From Rhizobium sp. Q54 (GTDB lineage Bacteria; Pseudomonadota; Alphaproteobacteria; UBA828): DNA of 64,000 nucleotides. The translations under genes were made by a program, and so were the position numbers. How positions within the stretch are numbered: position 1 is the first letter of the stretch; each line of letters starts with the position of its first letter. Shown here piece after piece: positions 29,639 to 39,449 of the stretch. The notes under the pieces are model-generated. The model ran no database searches. It was not told the DNA's origin and saw only the letters and a program-made list of their open reading frames with translations. The DNA lies in assembly GCA_945902735.1 (NCBI GenBank), contig CAMDNF010000003.1, positions 2,311 to 66,310 of the forward strand. The letters are read 5' to 3'.

Positions 29639-31027
29639 TCAAGGGCTGAGCGCGCTCTCGATCGCTTTGGCCATGCGCAACAGCCGCTCATCCCACCCCG
29701 CCGCGCCGATCACCGAGAGGCCGACCGGCAGGCCATTGCGGTCGGTCCCAACCGGCACGGTGATCGCCGAGAGACCGAAAAAATTGACCAGCCTTGTATT
29801 ACGGAGGCCTTTCAGATTGGCGGTTGAATAGGCCTCCATGTCGGTATCGAGCCCGGCGATTGGCGGTGGGCTCAGTGCCATGGTGGGCGCCACGATCGCG
29901 CCCTCGGCCTTGATGCGCGCCGTCAGCGCCAGCGCGAGCTTTGCCAAAATACCCTTCAATGTTTCCACCGAGGCGGCGTTGAAGGTCGCGCCCTGGCGCA
30001 TGCGCTCGAGGATCGGGCCAAACATCAAATTAGGCCGCGCCTCGATCACATCCTTCCAAATCGCATAGGCCTCAGCGGCGTGATAGGGCCCGTATTGCAC
30101 GAGGGCGTCATGGGCGGCGTCGAACTCGGGCGCTTCGCCGTCGCTCAGTTTCGCGCCTGCCTTGGCGAGCTTGGCCAGCGCGGCTTCAACCACCCCGCCA
30201 ATGCCGTCATCGAGCGCGCTCCACAAAATCCCGCGCGATGGTTTTAGGAGCGCCACCTCACCCAGTGAAGCGCCCGCCAAATCAGGCGGCTGCGCGCTAC
30301 CAATTCCGAAGCGGCCATCGAGAATGGCGAACAGCGCCGCGGCATCGGCGACGTCGCGCGTCAAGGGCCCGGCGCTATCCATGCTGGGCGAGAGCGCCAG
30401 CGCGCCATCAAGTGGCAGACGGCCGAAGGTTGTTTTCAGGCCCACAAGGCCGTTCCAGCTTGCCGGCGCGCGCACCGAGCCGCCGGTATCGGAGCCTATC
30501 GCGCCGGCCGCGAGCCCGCCCGCGACCGATGTCGCCGCGCCCGATGACGAGCCGCCCGGCACACGGTCTATTTTTTTGTCGCACGCATTGGGCGGTGTGC
30601 CGAGTGTTGGGTTGAGCCCGAGGATCGAATAGGCGAATTCGGTTTGGTTGGTTTTGCCGAGGCAAATCAACCCGGCGCGCGTGGCGCGCGAAACCAAGGC
30701 CGCGTCGGCCGGCGACACGCGCTCCTTCAGCGTGAGCGAGCCATGCGATGTCACATCGCCCGCCGTGTCGAACAAATCCTTCCATGAAATCGGCACGCCA
30801 TCCAAGGGCGAGAGGCGGAGTTTTTCTTTTGCGCGCTTCTGCGCCGCGAGCGCCTCGGCGCGCGCCCGCACGGGCGTCGTGCGCAAATAGGTCAAATGCG
30901 TCGGGTCATGGGCGGCGATGCGGGTGAGGAAATGCTCGGTCAGCTCAACCGGGTCGATCGCGCCATTGCCGATCCCCGCGCCAAGCTCGAGCGCGCTCTG
31001 TTCGTGCCATTCCTTGCTCATCGCCAT
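29639..31027 (-). CDS. amidase (amidase-signature family, GatA-like)
   Basis: GGSSSGAATSVAGGLAAGAIGSDTGGSVRAPAS is the amidase signature sequence with the catalytic Ser-cisSer-Lys context. Confidence 0.85.
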   Translation of the reverse strand: MAMSKEWHEQSALELGAGIGNGAIDPVELTEHFLTRIAAHDPTHLTYLRTTPVRARAEALAAQKRAKEKLRLSPLDGVPISWKDLFDTAGDVTSHGSLTLKERVSPADAALVSRATRAGLICLGKTNQTEFAYSILGLNPTLGTPPNACDKKIDRVPGGSSSGAATSVAGGLAAGAIGSDTGGSVRAPASWNGLVGLKTTFGRLPLDGALALSPSMDSAGPLTRDVADAAALFAILDGRFGIGSAQPPDLAGASLGEVALLKPSRGILWSALDDGIGGVVEAALAKLAKAGAKLSDGEAPEFDAAHDALVQYGPYHAAEAYAIWKDVIEARPNLMFGPILERMRQGATFNAASVETLKGILAKLALALTARIKAEGAIVAPTMALSPPPIAGLDTDMEAYSTANLKGLRNTRLVNFFGLSAITVPVGTDRNGLPVGLSVIGAAGWDERLLRMAKAIESALSP

Positions 31028-31071
31028 GCCTATGTCGTTGTCATTCGATCGCGCGCGGCGATACTAGACAG

Positions 31072-32304
31072 ATGATGGGAGCCGAGGAAACCCCGCCCGA
31101 GCGGGTCGACGTGGTCATCGCCGGCGGTGGGCTGGTCGGCATGTCGCTTGGCCTGGCGCTGGCCGGTGCCGGGCTTGAAATCGCCGTGGTCGATGCCGAG
31201 GCGCCGGCCATACGCCGCGATGCCGGCTTTGACGGGCGGGTCTCCTCGATCGCGCTCGGCTCGAGGCGCGTGCTCGACGGCATTGGGCTCTGGCCGCGCC
31301 TCGCGCCCGCCGCCGAGCCGATCAATGAAATCCGCGTCACCGATGGCGAGGCGCCGCTCTTCTTGCATTACGACCACAAAGACGTCGGGCCCGATCCCTT
31401 GGGCTACATCGTCGAAAATCGCGACACCCGCGCAGGCCTGCTCGATGAGGCCGCCGCGTGCCCGACGCTTCGTCATATCGCGCCGGTCCGTGTTCAAAGC
31501 CTGACGCCCCAACTGGGCGCGATCATCGCGACGCTGAGCGATGGCCGCGCGATCAAAGCAAGCCTCGCCGTGGTCGCCGAAGGCCGCGAATCAAAACTCC
31601 GCGCCGATGCCGGCATTGGCATCACCGCCTGGCGCTATAAGCAAACCGGCCTTGTGTGCACGGTCGAGCATGAACGGCCGCATCGCGGCATCGCGCATGA
31701 GCGCTTCTTGCCGGCCGGGCCGTTCGCGATTCTGCCCATGCGCGGCAATCGCTCGTCTTTGGTGTGGACCGAGCGGGAGGATCTCGCGCCCGGTCTGCTC
31801 GCACTGCCCGACCGCGAATTCCATCATGAGATGGCACGGCGCTTTGGCGATTTTCTGGGCGCGCTTCAAGTCGTCGGCCCGCGCTGGAGCTATCCGCTAT
31901 CGCTCAGCCACGCCACGCGCTATCACGCCGGGCGACTCGCGCTCATCGGCGATTCGGCGCACGCCATTCATCCCATCGCGGGGCAAGGCTTCAATCTCGG
32001 GCTTCGCGATGTCGCCGTGTTGGCCGAGCTGATCGTCGATCACCACCGGCTCGGGCTCGATATCGGCACGGGCGATCTGCTGAGCCGCTATGAGCGTGCG
32101 CGGCGCTTCGATGCGCAGGCGCTGATCGCGGTGACCGATGGCTTGAACCGCTTGTTCTCGAACGATGTGGCGCCGGTCGTGCTAGCGCGCGATCTGGGGC
32201 TTGGCCTGGTCAATCAACTCAAACCGCTGAAGCGGCTCTTTATGCGCCACGCCATGGGCACGGTCGGCGAATTGCCGAGGCTGGCAAGAGGCGAGAAGTT
32301 GTAA
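31072..32304 (+). CDS. FAD-dependent monooxygenase of the UbiH/UbiF/VisC/COQ6 family
   Basis: VDVVIAGGGLVGMSLGLALAGAGLEIAVVD (FAD GxGxxG), a DG motif and C-terminal GDSAHAIHPIAGQGFNLGLRD. Confidence 0.85.
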   Translation: MMGAEETPPERVDVVIAGGGLVGMSLGLALAGAGLEIAVVDAEAPAIRRDAGFDGRVSSIALGSRRVLDGIGLWPRLAPAAEPINEIRVTDGEAPLFLHYDHKDVGPDPLGYIVENRDTRAGLLDEAAACPTLRHIAPVRVQSLTPQLGAIIATLSDGRAIKASLAVVAEGRESKLRADAGIGITAWRYKQTGLVCTVEHERPHRGIAHERFLPAGPFAILPMRGNRSSLVWTEREDLAPGLLALPDREFHHEMARRFGDFLGALQVVGPRWSYPLSLSHATRYHAGRLALIGDSAHAIHPIAGQGFNLGLRDVAVLAELIVDHHRLGLDIGTGDLLSRYERARRFDAQALIAVTDGLNRLFSNDVAPVVLARDLGLGLVNQLKPLKRLFMRHAMGTVGELPRLARGEKL

Positions 32305-32360
32305 ACGCGCGCGGTGCGCTTCCGTCCGCTCGCCGCCACCGGGCGAACTTTTTCTCCGTC

Positions 32361-32395
32361 ATGCGCGGACTTGATCCGCGCATCCAGGTTTTCTC
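32361..32395 (+). terminator. hairpin plus T-run downstream of the UbiH-family gene. A second hairpin at 32424-32447 serves the convergent cupin gene.
   Basis: Perfect 9-bp inverted repeat ATGCGCGGA-N5-TCCGCGCAT followed by CCAGGTTTTCTC. A second perfect 9-bp inverted repeat ATTGCCGGG-N6-CCCGGCAAT follows. Confidence 0.5.
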
Positions 32396-32465
32396 AAGGA
32401 AAATGCATCGTTGCAGGCACTGGATTGCCGGGTCTTCGCCCGGCAATGACGAATACGGGATGAAA

Positions 32466-32861
32466 CTACTCCGCCGCGGCCTTGGCGCTGGCTGTCTTGG
32501 GCATATAAAGGAAATAACTTTTCCGTACCGTCTCGATCACGTTCCATTCCAACGTCTCGCCCTGGGCGACGAAAAAACTATCGCCGGCTTCAAGCGTGGT
32601 CTTGCGGCCCTTCTCATCGGTGATGACGAGCTTGCCTTTGATGAGCGTGGCGATCTCGTCCATTGGATAGGTGAGGCGGAAGCGACCCTTCGTGCATTCC
32701 CAAAGGCCGGCCGAGAAACTGCCGTCGGGCGAGGCGAAATCCTCGCGCCCCGATTGCTTGGGGCTGCCCTCGAGCACGACGAGTCCGGGAAAACTTTGCT
32801 CTAACGTCTCGTCATAGGCGGTCAAGCCGCGCTCGCGCCCACCCGGTCGATAAACGTGCAT
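32466..32861 (-). CDS. cupin domain protein (DUF861/cupin_3), paralog of 26720..27070
   Basis: GLWECTKGRFRLTYPMDEIATLIKGKLVITDEKGRKTTLEAGDSFFV. Confidence 0.6.
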   Translation of the reverse strand: MHVYRPGGRERGLTAYDETLEQSFPGLVVLEGSPKQSGREDFASPDGSFSAGLWECTKGRFRLTYPMDEIATLIKGKLVITDEKGRKTTLEAGDSFFVAQGETLEWNVIETVRKSYFLYMPKTASAKAAAE

Positions 32862-32873
32862 GGCTCGTTCTCC

Positions 32874-33242
32874 CTACGCCTCGCGCCTCAAGCCTTTCGT
32901 GTCGAGCGCGGCGAGATAATCGGCCCAGAGCTTGTCTTTGTTTTCGCCGAGCTGACGCAAATAGGCCCAGGAATAAATGCCGGTGCTGTGCGTGTCGTCG
33001 AACACCAGGCGCACCGCGTAATTGCCCACCGCCTCGATTTCGGCGATGCCGACATGGCGTCGCCCGGCCACGATGGTTTTGCCCTCGCCATGGCCCATCA
33101 CTTCGGCTGATGGGCTCTCGACGCGTAGCAATTCGGCCGACAGCACAAAATTTTTGCCGTCGTCGAATTCGACCTCAAGGCACTTCTCGGCGCGCCGATA
33201 GCGAATCTCAAGCGGCCAATGCGCGGTGTCGTAGCGGCTCAT
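32874..33242 (-). CDS. DUF971 family protein (gamma-butyrobetaine hydroxylase-like N-terminal domain)
   Basis: 122 aa with [27 protein letters not shown]...[21 protein letters not shown], a DUF971 pattern. Confidence 0.65.
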   Translation of the reverse strand: MSRYDTAHWPLEIRYRRAEKCLEVEFDDGKNFVLSAELLRVESPSAEVMGHGEGKTIVAGRRHVGIAEIEAVGNYAVRLVFDDTHSTGIYSWAYLRQLGENKDKLWADYLAALDTKGLRREA

Positions 33243-33445
33243 GCGCGCTGATTTTCGGGCTCGTCGAGCGAGCGGGCTTCCTCGACCAGCATGATCGGAA
33301 TGCCATCGCGAATGGGGTAGGCGAGGCGCGCTTTCTCGCTGATCAATTCCTGACGCTCGGAATCATAACGCAGCGTCTCCTTGGTCAGCGGGCAGACCAA
33401 AATTTCCAACAGACGCGGATCGACACGCGGGCGAAGGTCGGGCAT
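33239..33445 (-). CDS. Trm112 family protein
   Basis: 68 aa with [17 protein letters not shown]...[13 protein letters not shown]. Confidence 0.75.
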   Translation of the reverse strand: MPDLRPRVDPRLLEILVCPLTKETLRYDSERQELISEKARLAYPIRDGIPIMLVEEARSLDEPENQRA

Positions 33446-33463
33446 GGCGCGCTCCTCAATCCG

Positions 33464-34135
33464 TCACTGGCGAAGCGAGGCAGGCGGCGCGACGCGCGCT
33501 TCGAGCGCGGCCATTTCAAGGAGCGAGATCACCGCCTTGGCGCGCGCCTCATCATCGGGGTATTCGAGCAGCGCCTGTTTTTCATTCGGCCGGAACGGGC
33601 AAATCATGGCCAAGCAGGTGAGCAGATGATTGTCCGGCGCGCGCTCGATGCTCTGCCAATCGGCGGTCAGCCCGTGAACCTGAAAATAATCCTTGAGTGC
33701 GGGGATCAGCCGGTTACGGTCAAACTTGACGGCTGGCGGCTCGCACAAATCATCGGCGAAGCGCGTGAAGTTCGCCTCGACGCGCCGATGCAGGCGCCCC
33801 TCCATCGGCAGTTCGCGCTCGATCTCGAACCGCGCAAGGCCAACCAACGTAATCAAGAATCTGCCGTCATCGGTTTCGGCGAAGGTGGTGATGCGCCCGG
33901 CGCAGCCAACGCGATAGACCTCGGGTTGTGCCGGCGAGGCCTCGGGGTCGACCGGCTGCACCATGCCGATCAAGCGGTGCGAGCCGATCGCTTCCTGCGT
34001 CATCTCCAAATAGCGCGGCTCGAAAATATTGAGTGGCAATTTGCCGCGCGGCAAAAGCAGCACGCCCGGCAGCGGAAAAATCGGAATGACCTTCGGCAGA
34101 TCCTCGACGCAACGATAGGGGGATCCCATTTTCAT
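33464..34135 (-). CDS. LON peptidase N-terminal (substrate-binding) domain protein
   Basis: IPIFPLPGVLLLPRGKLPLNIFEPRYLEM is the canonical LON-N start. Start chosen at MKMGSPY, adjacent to the upstream gene's stop. Confidence 0.75.
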   Translation of the reverse strand: MKMGSPYRCVEDLPKVIPIFPLPGVLLLPRGKLPLNIFEPRYLEMTQEAIGSHRLIGMVQPVDPEASPAQPEVYRVGCAGRITTFAETDDGRFLITLVGLARFEIERELPMEGRLHRRVEANFTRFADDLCEPPAVKFDRNRLIPALKDYFQVHGLTADWQSIERAPDNHLLTCLAMICPFRPNEKQALLEYPDDEARAKAVISLLEMAALEARVAPPASLRQ

Positions 34136-34149
34136 TGCGCCCACCCGGT

Positions 34150-35076
34150 TTAGGAGAACAGCACGGAGGAGAGCTTGCGTCTCCCGGCGGCGGTGGCGGG
34201 GTTGGTCGGGCCAAGCGCCTCGAACAATTTGAGCAGCTGCAAACGCGCGGCCTCTTCGTTCCATTTGCGCTCACGCCGAATAATGGCGATCAGTGCATCG
34301 ACCGCCTCGTCATTACGCCCGGCGGCGTAATAGGCCATGGCGAGATCGAAGCGCGCCTGATGGTCGGCCGGGTTGGCGGCGAGTTTGGCCTCAAGCTCGG
34401 CGGTCCCCGACGCAGCGGCGCCATTGGCGGCGGTCGTTTGCTCGGCCAAAGCGAGCGCGGCCGTGGCGCTTTTGACCGCCGGGTTGTTGGCGTCTTTCGG
34501 ATCGACCGTCGCCAGCAGCTCCTTGGCCTCCTTGGTCTTGCCCAAGGCCACGAAGCAGCGCGCGAGGCCGCCAATCGCCTGGGGCTCGCCCGGCGCATGG
34601 CGCAGGATTTGCGAATAAAGATTGCCCGCGGCCTGAAAATCGCCGGCATCGAGCGCGATCTTGGCTTGTTCGAGTGCCTGCTCGACCGGGCTCGGGCCGA
34701 CCGGGCCGATCAACCGCTCGATGAAGGATTTAACCTGGCTCTCGGGCAGCGCGCCGACAAAGCCGTCAACCGGCTGGCCGCGATGAAACGCGAAGACCGC
34801 CGGGATCGATTGAATGCGCAGTTCCTGGGCGATTTCAGGGTTGTCGTCGATATTGAGTTTGACCAGGCGCACCTTGCCGCCGGCCGCCTTGACCACCTTT
34901 TCAAGGATCGGCGTGAGCTGCTTGCAGGGCCCACACCACGGCGCCCAAAAATCGACGATCACCGGCGCGTCCATCGAGCCCTGAAGCACGTCAGCCGCGA
35001 AGGTTTGCGTCGTGGTGTCTTTAATCACAGTGGCGGGCGCGGCCGCGCCGCTGCCTTGCCCAATTAGCGCTTCCAT
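34150..35076 (-). CDS. thioredoxin-domain protein with C-terminal TPR repeats (YbbN/CnoX-like co-chaperone)
   Basis: VIVDFWAPWCGPCKQLTPILE (WCGPC active site), followed by a TPR-like helical C-terminal half. Confidence 0.8.
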   Translation of the reverse strand: MEALIGQGSGAAAPATVIKDTTTQTFAADVLQGSMDAPVIVDFWAPWCGPCKQLTPILEKVVKAAGGKVRLVKLNIDDNPEIAQELRIQSIPAVFAFHRGQPVDGFVGALPESQVKSFIERLIGPVGPSPVEQALEQAKIALDAGDFQAAGNLYSQILRHAPGEPQAIGGLARCFVALGKTKEAKELLATVDPKDANNPAVKSATAALALAEQTTAANGAAASGTAELEAKLAANPADHQARFDLAMAYYAAGRNDEAVDALIAIIRRERKWNEEAARLQLLKLFEALGPTNPATAAGRRKLSSVLFS

Positions 35077-35175
35077 GCCGGTTCTAGTCCCCAGTCAGGC
35101 TCTTAAGTATTATGGCAATTACATGGCAGGTCGGCACCCGGCTGACAAGAGCACGGCGCGGTTTTAGGGCCTAGA

Positions 35176-35664
35176 TCAGAGCGCAAGCTCGGTCGGCTGA
35201 TGGCCGCAGGCCGCGATAAAGCGGCGTAAATCGATAGGAAGGATGGCGGTGGTCGCCTCATTGGTCAGCGGGTGGTAGTTGAGCACCGCCTCTTGCATCA
35301 TGCCCTCATCCAAAATCACGCTCACGCGGTGCTCGCGGTCGTTGATCAGGGCAAAGGGCGTCACCGAGCCCGGGGTCACGCCGAGCACCTCGAGCAACAA
35401 ATCGGGCCGGCCGAAGGAAAGCCGCGCAGCACCGATGGTCTTGGAAATGGCGTTCAGCTCGATCGGGCGTGAATCGAGCGCGACCAGCAAATAGAGCCGA
35501 TCCTTCTTGTCTTTGAGGAAGAGGCTTTTGCAATGCCCGCCCGGCAAATGGGCACAATGGGCCTTGGCCTCCTCGACCGTGAAGACCGGCGGGTGCTCAT
35601 AGGTCGTCGTCTCGATCCCGAGCGAGCGGAGTTTCTCGAACAAATCGGCACGGCTGGCGGTCAC
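35176..35664 (-). CDS. YbaK/ProX-type aminoacyl-tRNA deacylase (prolyl-tRNA synthetase-associated domain)
   Basis: 162 aa with HLPGGHCKSLFLKDKKDRLYLLVALDSRPIELNAISKTIGAARLSF. Confidence 0.75.
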   Translation of the reverse strand: MTASRADLFEKLRSLGIETTTYEHPPVFTVEEAKAHCAHLPGGHCKSLFLKDKKDRLYLLVALDSRPIELNAISKTIGAARLSFGRPDLLLEVLGVTPGSVTPFALINDREHRVSVILDEGMMQEAVLNYHPLTNEATTAILPIDLRRFIAACGHQPTELAL

Positions 35665-35764
35665 GGGGCGTCCCTTACCTTATCTTCTTAATCCTTGGGT
35701 CATCTTGCCACGGCAGACTTGCACGCTTCGAGGCTTCGGCTTATATCCGTCGCACTCCATGGAC

Positions 35765-35839
35765 GCGGGCGTAGCTCAGGGGTAGAGCACAACCTTGCCA
35801 AGGTTGGGGTCGTGAGTTCGAATCTCATCGCCCGCTCCA
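35765..35839 (+). tRNA. tRNA-Gly (anticodon GCC)
   Basis: GCGGGCG acceptor stem, D-arm GCTCAGGGGTAGAGC, anticodon stem-loop CAACC-TTGCCAA-GGTTG, T-arm GTGAGTTCGAATCTCAT and a 3' CCA. 75 nt. Confidence 0.9.
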
Positions 35840-35906
35840 ATTCTAGCCGAAATTCAGGGTCGACGACGCGGTGCGCAAGCGCTGCGCCGGACGCGCCCTT
35901 GCGGCC

Positions 35907-36620
35907 TTAGGCGCTCGGCGCCACGCCGAATAGCGCCTGATGCATGCGCGCGGCATAGGCCTTGAGATTGGTCAATTTGTCGATCTCGGCGCGGGTCGGC
36001 AAGATCACCGGCCTGAAGCTTATGAGGGCCAAGAAGGCGTGGGCGGTGGCGTCGATCGAGCGTGGCCGGTCGCCCATGAAATAGGGCTTGTCGCCAAGAA
36101 AGGCCGAAACGGCGCGCAGATCATCGAGCCCGATCTTATAAATCTCCGCCGGCGCATGGCGGCCCATGCCGTGGCCCTGCACCTGTTTCCACAACGAGCG
36201 GTGCACGAGCGCCGGAATAAACAGCCGGAGCGGCAGGGGCAGGTGGGCGAAGGTCTTGCGCCGTGTCGCCGGCCAATTGGCGTCGTCGAACCAACGGCCA
36301 TAGAACATGGACCAATAGAGGTTCTCCTCGAACAGGCGGCGGAAGGCGAGGGCGGTCGCCTGCTCGACCGGGCTCATGCCGTCGTCGAGCGAGTCGCCAT
36401 AGGTCGCCTTCAAATAATCGATGATGAACCCGGAATCGCCGATCATGCGGCCATTGTCTTCGATGAACGGAAATTTGCCCTTGGGCGCCTTGGTCGGCAG
36501 AGTCGGGAAGACCACGCGGTAGTCCCGCTTGGTCAGTTTCAGATAGTTTTCCAGTTTGAAACAGAACGGACTTTCGCTCGGCAGCGTTCCGGGCCCGCGC
36601 AAACTGCAGAGCGTGATCAT
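35907..36620 (-). CDS. glutathione S-transferase family protein
   Basis: The C-terminal 237 aa of track ORF 35907..37826 (ATG at 36620: MITLCSLRGP...SPFCFKLENYLKLT...) show GST N- and C-domain architecture. The upstream part of that ORF is antisense to mtnA and is not coding. Confidence 0.75.
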   Translation of the reverse strand: MITLCSLRGPGTLPSESPFCFKLENYLKLTKRDYRVVFPTLPTKAPKGKFPFIEDNGRMIGDSGFIIDYLKATYGDSLDDGMSPVEQATALAFRRLFEENLYWSMFYGRWFDDANWPATRRKTFAHLPLPLRLFIPALVHRSLWKQVQGHGMGRHAPAEIYKIGLDDLRAVSAFLGDKPYFMGDRPRSIDATAHAFLALISFRPVILPTRAEIDKLTNLKAYAARMHQALFGVAPSA

Positions 36621-36734
36621 TGCGATCGCCTCCCCTTCGGCATGGCCACGCAGCGCCTCGGCTGGTCCGGCGCGCGCTTGCATGGCAGAGTGCGCCCGGC
36701 CGAGGGAGAGGTCAAATGACGGAACATTCAAGCC

Positions 36735-37838
36735 ATGCGCGTTGACGGCGTCTCCTTTCGTTCGATCTGGCTGGAGCCAGATGGCTGGTCGGTCGGCGTG
36801 ATCGACCAAACCAAATTGCCCCATGGCTTCACCACATTGCGCCTGACGCGCTTGGACGAAGCAGCGCACGCGATCCGCTCCATGCAAGTGCGCGGCGCGC
36901 CCTTGATCGGCGCGGTGGCCGCCTATGGCCTGGCGCTCGCGCTTCGCGTCGATGCCTCCGATGGCGCGCTTGCCACGGCCTGCACGATGCTTTCGGCAAC
37001 GCGGCCGACCGCGGTGAATTTGCGCTGGGCGATCGAGCGCATGCGCGCGGTCTTGGCGCCCTTGGGCCCGCAAGCGCGTGCCGCCGCCGCCTATGACGAG
37101 GCCGCGAAAATCTGTAACGAAGATGTCGCGATTAACGAGGCGATCGGGCGTTATGGTCTTGCGGTCATCGAGGCCAAGGCCAAAGAAAAACGCAAGGCAA
37201 CCGTCAATTTGCTCACCCATTGCAATGCCGGTTGGCTCGCGACCGTCGATTGGGGCACCGCGCTCGCGCCGATCTATATGGCGCATGATGCGGGCATCGA
37301 TTTGCATGTCTGGGTCGATGAAACCCGTCCGCGCAATCAAGGCGCTGGGCTGACCGCATGGGAACTTGGCAAGCATGGCGTTTCGCACACCGTGATTGTC
37401 GATAATGCCGGCGGTCATTTGATGCAGCACGGCCAAGTCGATCTTTGCATCGTCGGCACCGATCGCGTCACCGCGCGCGGCGATGTCGCCAACAAGATCG
37501 GCACCTATTTGAAGGCGCTCGCCGCTTATGACAACGCCGTGCCGTTTTATGTCGCGCTGCCCTCGACCACGATCGATTGGTCGATTGAGGATGGCGTGCG
37601 CGACATTCCGATCGAGGAGCGGGCCGAAGCCGAAGTGCTCACCATCGCGGGTCAGGACGAAGCGGGTCGTCTGGTCAATGTCGCGGTGACGCCAAAAGGC
37701 GCGCGCGCGGCGAATTTCGGCTTCGATGTAACACCCGCGCGTCTGGTCACGGGCTTGATCACCGAGCGTGGCGTGTGCGCGGCGTCGAAAGCCGGGCTCA
37801 GCAATTTGTTTCCGAACAGAGACCATAGTCGCGTCTGA
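36735..37838 (+). CDS. mtnA: S-methyl-5-thioribose-1-phosphate isomerase
   Basis: 367 aa, eIF-2B alpha/beta/delta-like, with [22 protein letters not shown] and [19 protein letters not shown]. Confidence 0.9.
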   Translation: MRVDGVSFRSIWLEPDGWSVGVIDQTKLPHGFTTLRLTRLDEAAHAIRSMQVRGAPLIGAVAAYGLALALRVDASDGALATACTMLSATRPTAVNLRWAIERMRAVLAPLGPQARAAAAYDEAAKICNEDVAINEAIGRYGLAVIEAKAKEKRKATVNLLTHCNAGWLATVDWGTALAPIYMAHDAGIDLHVWVDETRPRNQGAGLTAWELGKHGVSHTVIVDNAGGHLMQHGQVDLCIVGTDRVTARGDVANKIGTYLKALAAYDNAVPFYVALPSTTIDWSIEDGVRDIPIEERAEAEVLTIAGQDEAGRLVNVAVTPKGARAANFGFDVTPARLVTGLITERGVCAASKAGLSNLFPNRDHSRV

Positions 37839-38478
37839 TCACGCGCGCGAGCGGCGCGCGCTGAGCGCGACCGCGCGGTGCATGAACGCGCGCGGGCTCA
37901 ATCAGGGCACGTCAGGCAATCTCAGCGTGCGCGTGGCGGGCGGGCTCTTGATCACGCCGAGCGGTGTGTCCAAGGACGAGCTTCGCCCCGCCGATATGGT
38001 GCGGCTCGATTGGGCTGGCCAAGCGCGCGGCCAATTGGCGCCCTCCAGCGAATGGCACTTTCATCGAGATATTTTGCAGGCCCGGCCCGAGGTGAACGCG
38101 GTTCTGCACGCGCATTCGATGTTCGCCACCACGCTGGCCTGCCTTCATCGCGGCATCCCGGCGTTTCATTACATGATCGCGGTCGCAGGTGGCGATGATA
38201 TTCGCTGCGCGCGCTACGCCACCTTCGGCACAGCGACCTTGTCGCGCCATGCTTTAGTGGCGCTCAAAGGGCGCAAGGCCTGTCTGCTCGCCAATCACGG
38301 CATGATCGTGATCGGTGAATCGCTGAAGGATACGCTGAGGCTCGCCATTGAAGTTGAAACGCTGGCCGCGATGTATTGGCGCGCTTTGCAAATCGGCAAG
38401 CCCGTGGTTCTCTCAAAAGCGGAAATGGCGCGCGTGCTGAAAAAATTCGAGACCTACGGCAAACCCCAATCCGCCTAG
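37768..38478 (+). CDS. mtnB: class II aldolase/adducin family protein, probable methylthioribulose-1-phosphate dehydratase
   Basis: [16 protein letters not shown] and [11 protein letters not shown] are the zinc-binding motifs of class II aldolases. Adjacent to mtnA. The start is uncertain (an ATG at 37768 overlaps mtnA by 71 nt; alternative MNARGLNQ). Confidence 0.7.
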   Translation: MACARRRKPGSAICFRTETIVASDHARERRALSATARCMNARGLNQGTSGNLSVRVAGGLLITPSGVSKDELRPADMVRLDWAGQARGQLAPSSEWHFHRDILQARPEVNAVLHAHSMFATTLACLHRGIPAFHYMIAVAGGDDIRCARYATFGTATLSRHALVALKGRKACLLANHGMIVIGESLKDTLRLAIEVETLAAMYWRALQIGKPVVLSKAEMARVLKKFETYGKPQSA

Positions 38479-39407
38479 ACCGGCTCTGCCTCCGGTAGAT
38501 CGCCGAGGCTCGCCTCGATCTCGGCGCGCATTGGCATGGCGCTGGCCGCGCCGGGCTTCAGGCAGGTCAGCCCGCCCGCGATTGAGGCGAAACGCAGCGC
38601 GTCAGGCAAGGTGCGGCCTTCATCGAGCGCCACGCTGAGCGCACCGACAAACGCATCGCCCGCGCCGGTGCTATCGACCGGCGTAATCGGCAGCACACCG
38701 ATCCGCCACGCCAGCGGGCCCGCGACCGCGAAGGCACCCTCGGGCCCGAGACTCACTACGAGATGAACGCCGAGCCATTTTGCCACCGATCGAGCGGCCG
38801 GTTCGGGCGCGTCCTTGGGCAGATCGAGTTGCGCCGCCACCATGGCGAGCTCAATCTCGTTCACGACGAGAAGGCTCACCGCCTTGAGCGCTTCCTCGGG
38901 CAGTCTGAGTGCCGGCGCAAGATTCAGCACGCTCCGCGCACCCGCATGCTTGGCGCGATAGAGGAGGGCGGTGATCTCCGCCACCGGCGTTTCCATTTGC
39001 AGCACGAGCGTCGCATCGGGCGTTAGCCAATCGGCCGGTATTTGATTGGCATGAGCGTTCGCGTTTGCGCCGCTCGCCACCACAATCGCGTTCTCGCCCG
39101 CATCGTCCACCACGATGCCGGCACAGCCACTCGGTTGGTCGACGGTCGCGAGCACGTGGGTGTCGATGCCGGCGTCCGAAAGAGTTTCTTTCAACAGACC
39201 GGCGAATTGATCATTGCCGAGCGCGCCGGCGAAGCGCACCGGCGCGGCACCACCATGTTGCGCGCGCGCGGCGGCGACCGCTTGATTGAGGCCCTTGCCG
39301 CCCGCGCCCATGGCGAAGGAGCGGCCGATCACGGTCTCGCCCGGCCGCGGCAAATGCGCGGCACGGAAAACAAGATCGGCGTTGAGCGAACCGAAGACCA
39401 TGATCAC
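38475..39407 (-). CDS. ribokinase / PfkB-family carbohydrate kinase
   Basis: MIMVFGSLNADLVFR...GGKGLNQAVAAARA...DSTGAGDAFVGAL are the PfkB signatures. Confidence 0.75.
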   Translation of the reverse strand: MIMVFGSLNADLVFRAAHLPRPGETVIGRSFAMGAGGKGLNQAVAAARAQHGGAAPVRFAGALGNDQFAGLLKETLSDAGIDTHVLATVDQPSGCAGIVVDDAGENAIVVASGANANAHANQIPADWLTPDATLVLQMETPVAEITALLYRAKHAGARSVLNLAPALRLPEEALKAVSLLVVNEIELAMVAAQLDLPKDAPEPAARSVAKWLGVHLVVSLGPEGAFAVAGPLAWRIGVLPITPVDSTGAGDAFVGALSVALDEGRTLPDALRFASIAGGLTCLKPGAASAMPMRAEIEASLGDLPEAEPV

Positions 39408-39449
39408 GGGCGTCGTCGACCCCTCGGGAAAACGCCGCCGCGTGAAAAA

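Noticed and set aside
35765-35839. tRNA-Gly as an integration site for a genomic island
   Set aside because: There is no integrase, no direct repeat of the tRNA 3' end, and no compositional shift in the flanking GST/mtnA region.
36621-37826. N-terminal roughly 400 aa of the 639-aa minus-strand ORF 35907..37826
   Set aside because: It is antisense to mtnA and has low-complexity R/G-rich sequence. Only the C-terminal 237 aa (GST) look like a real protein.
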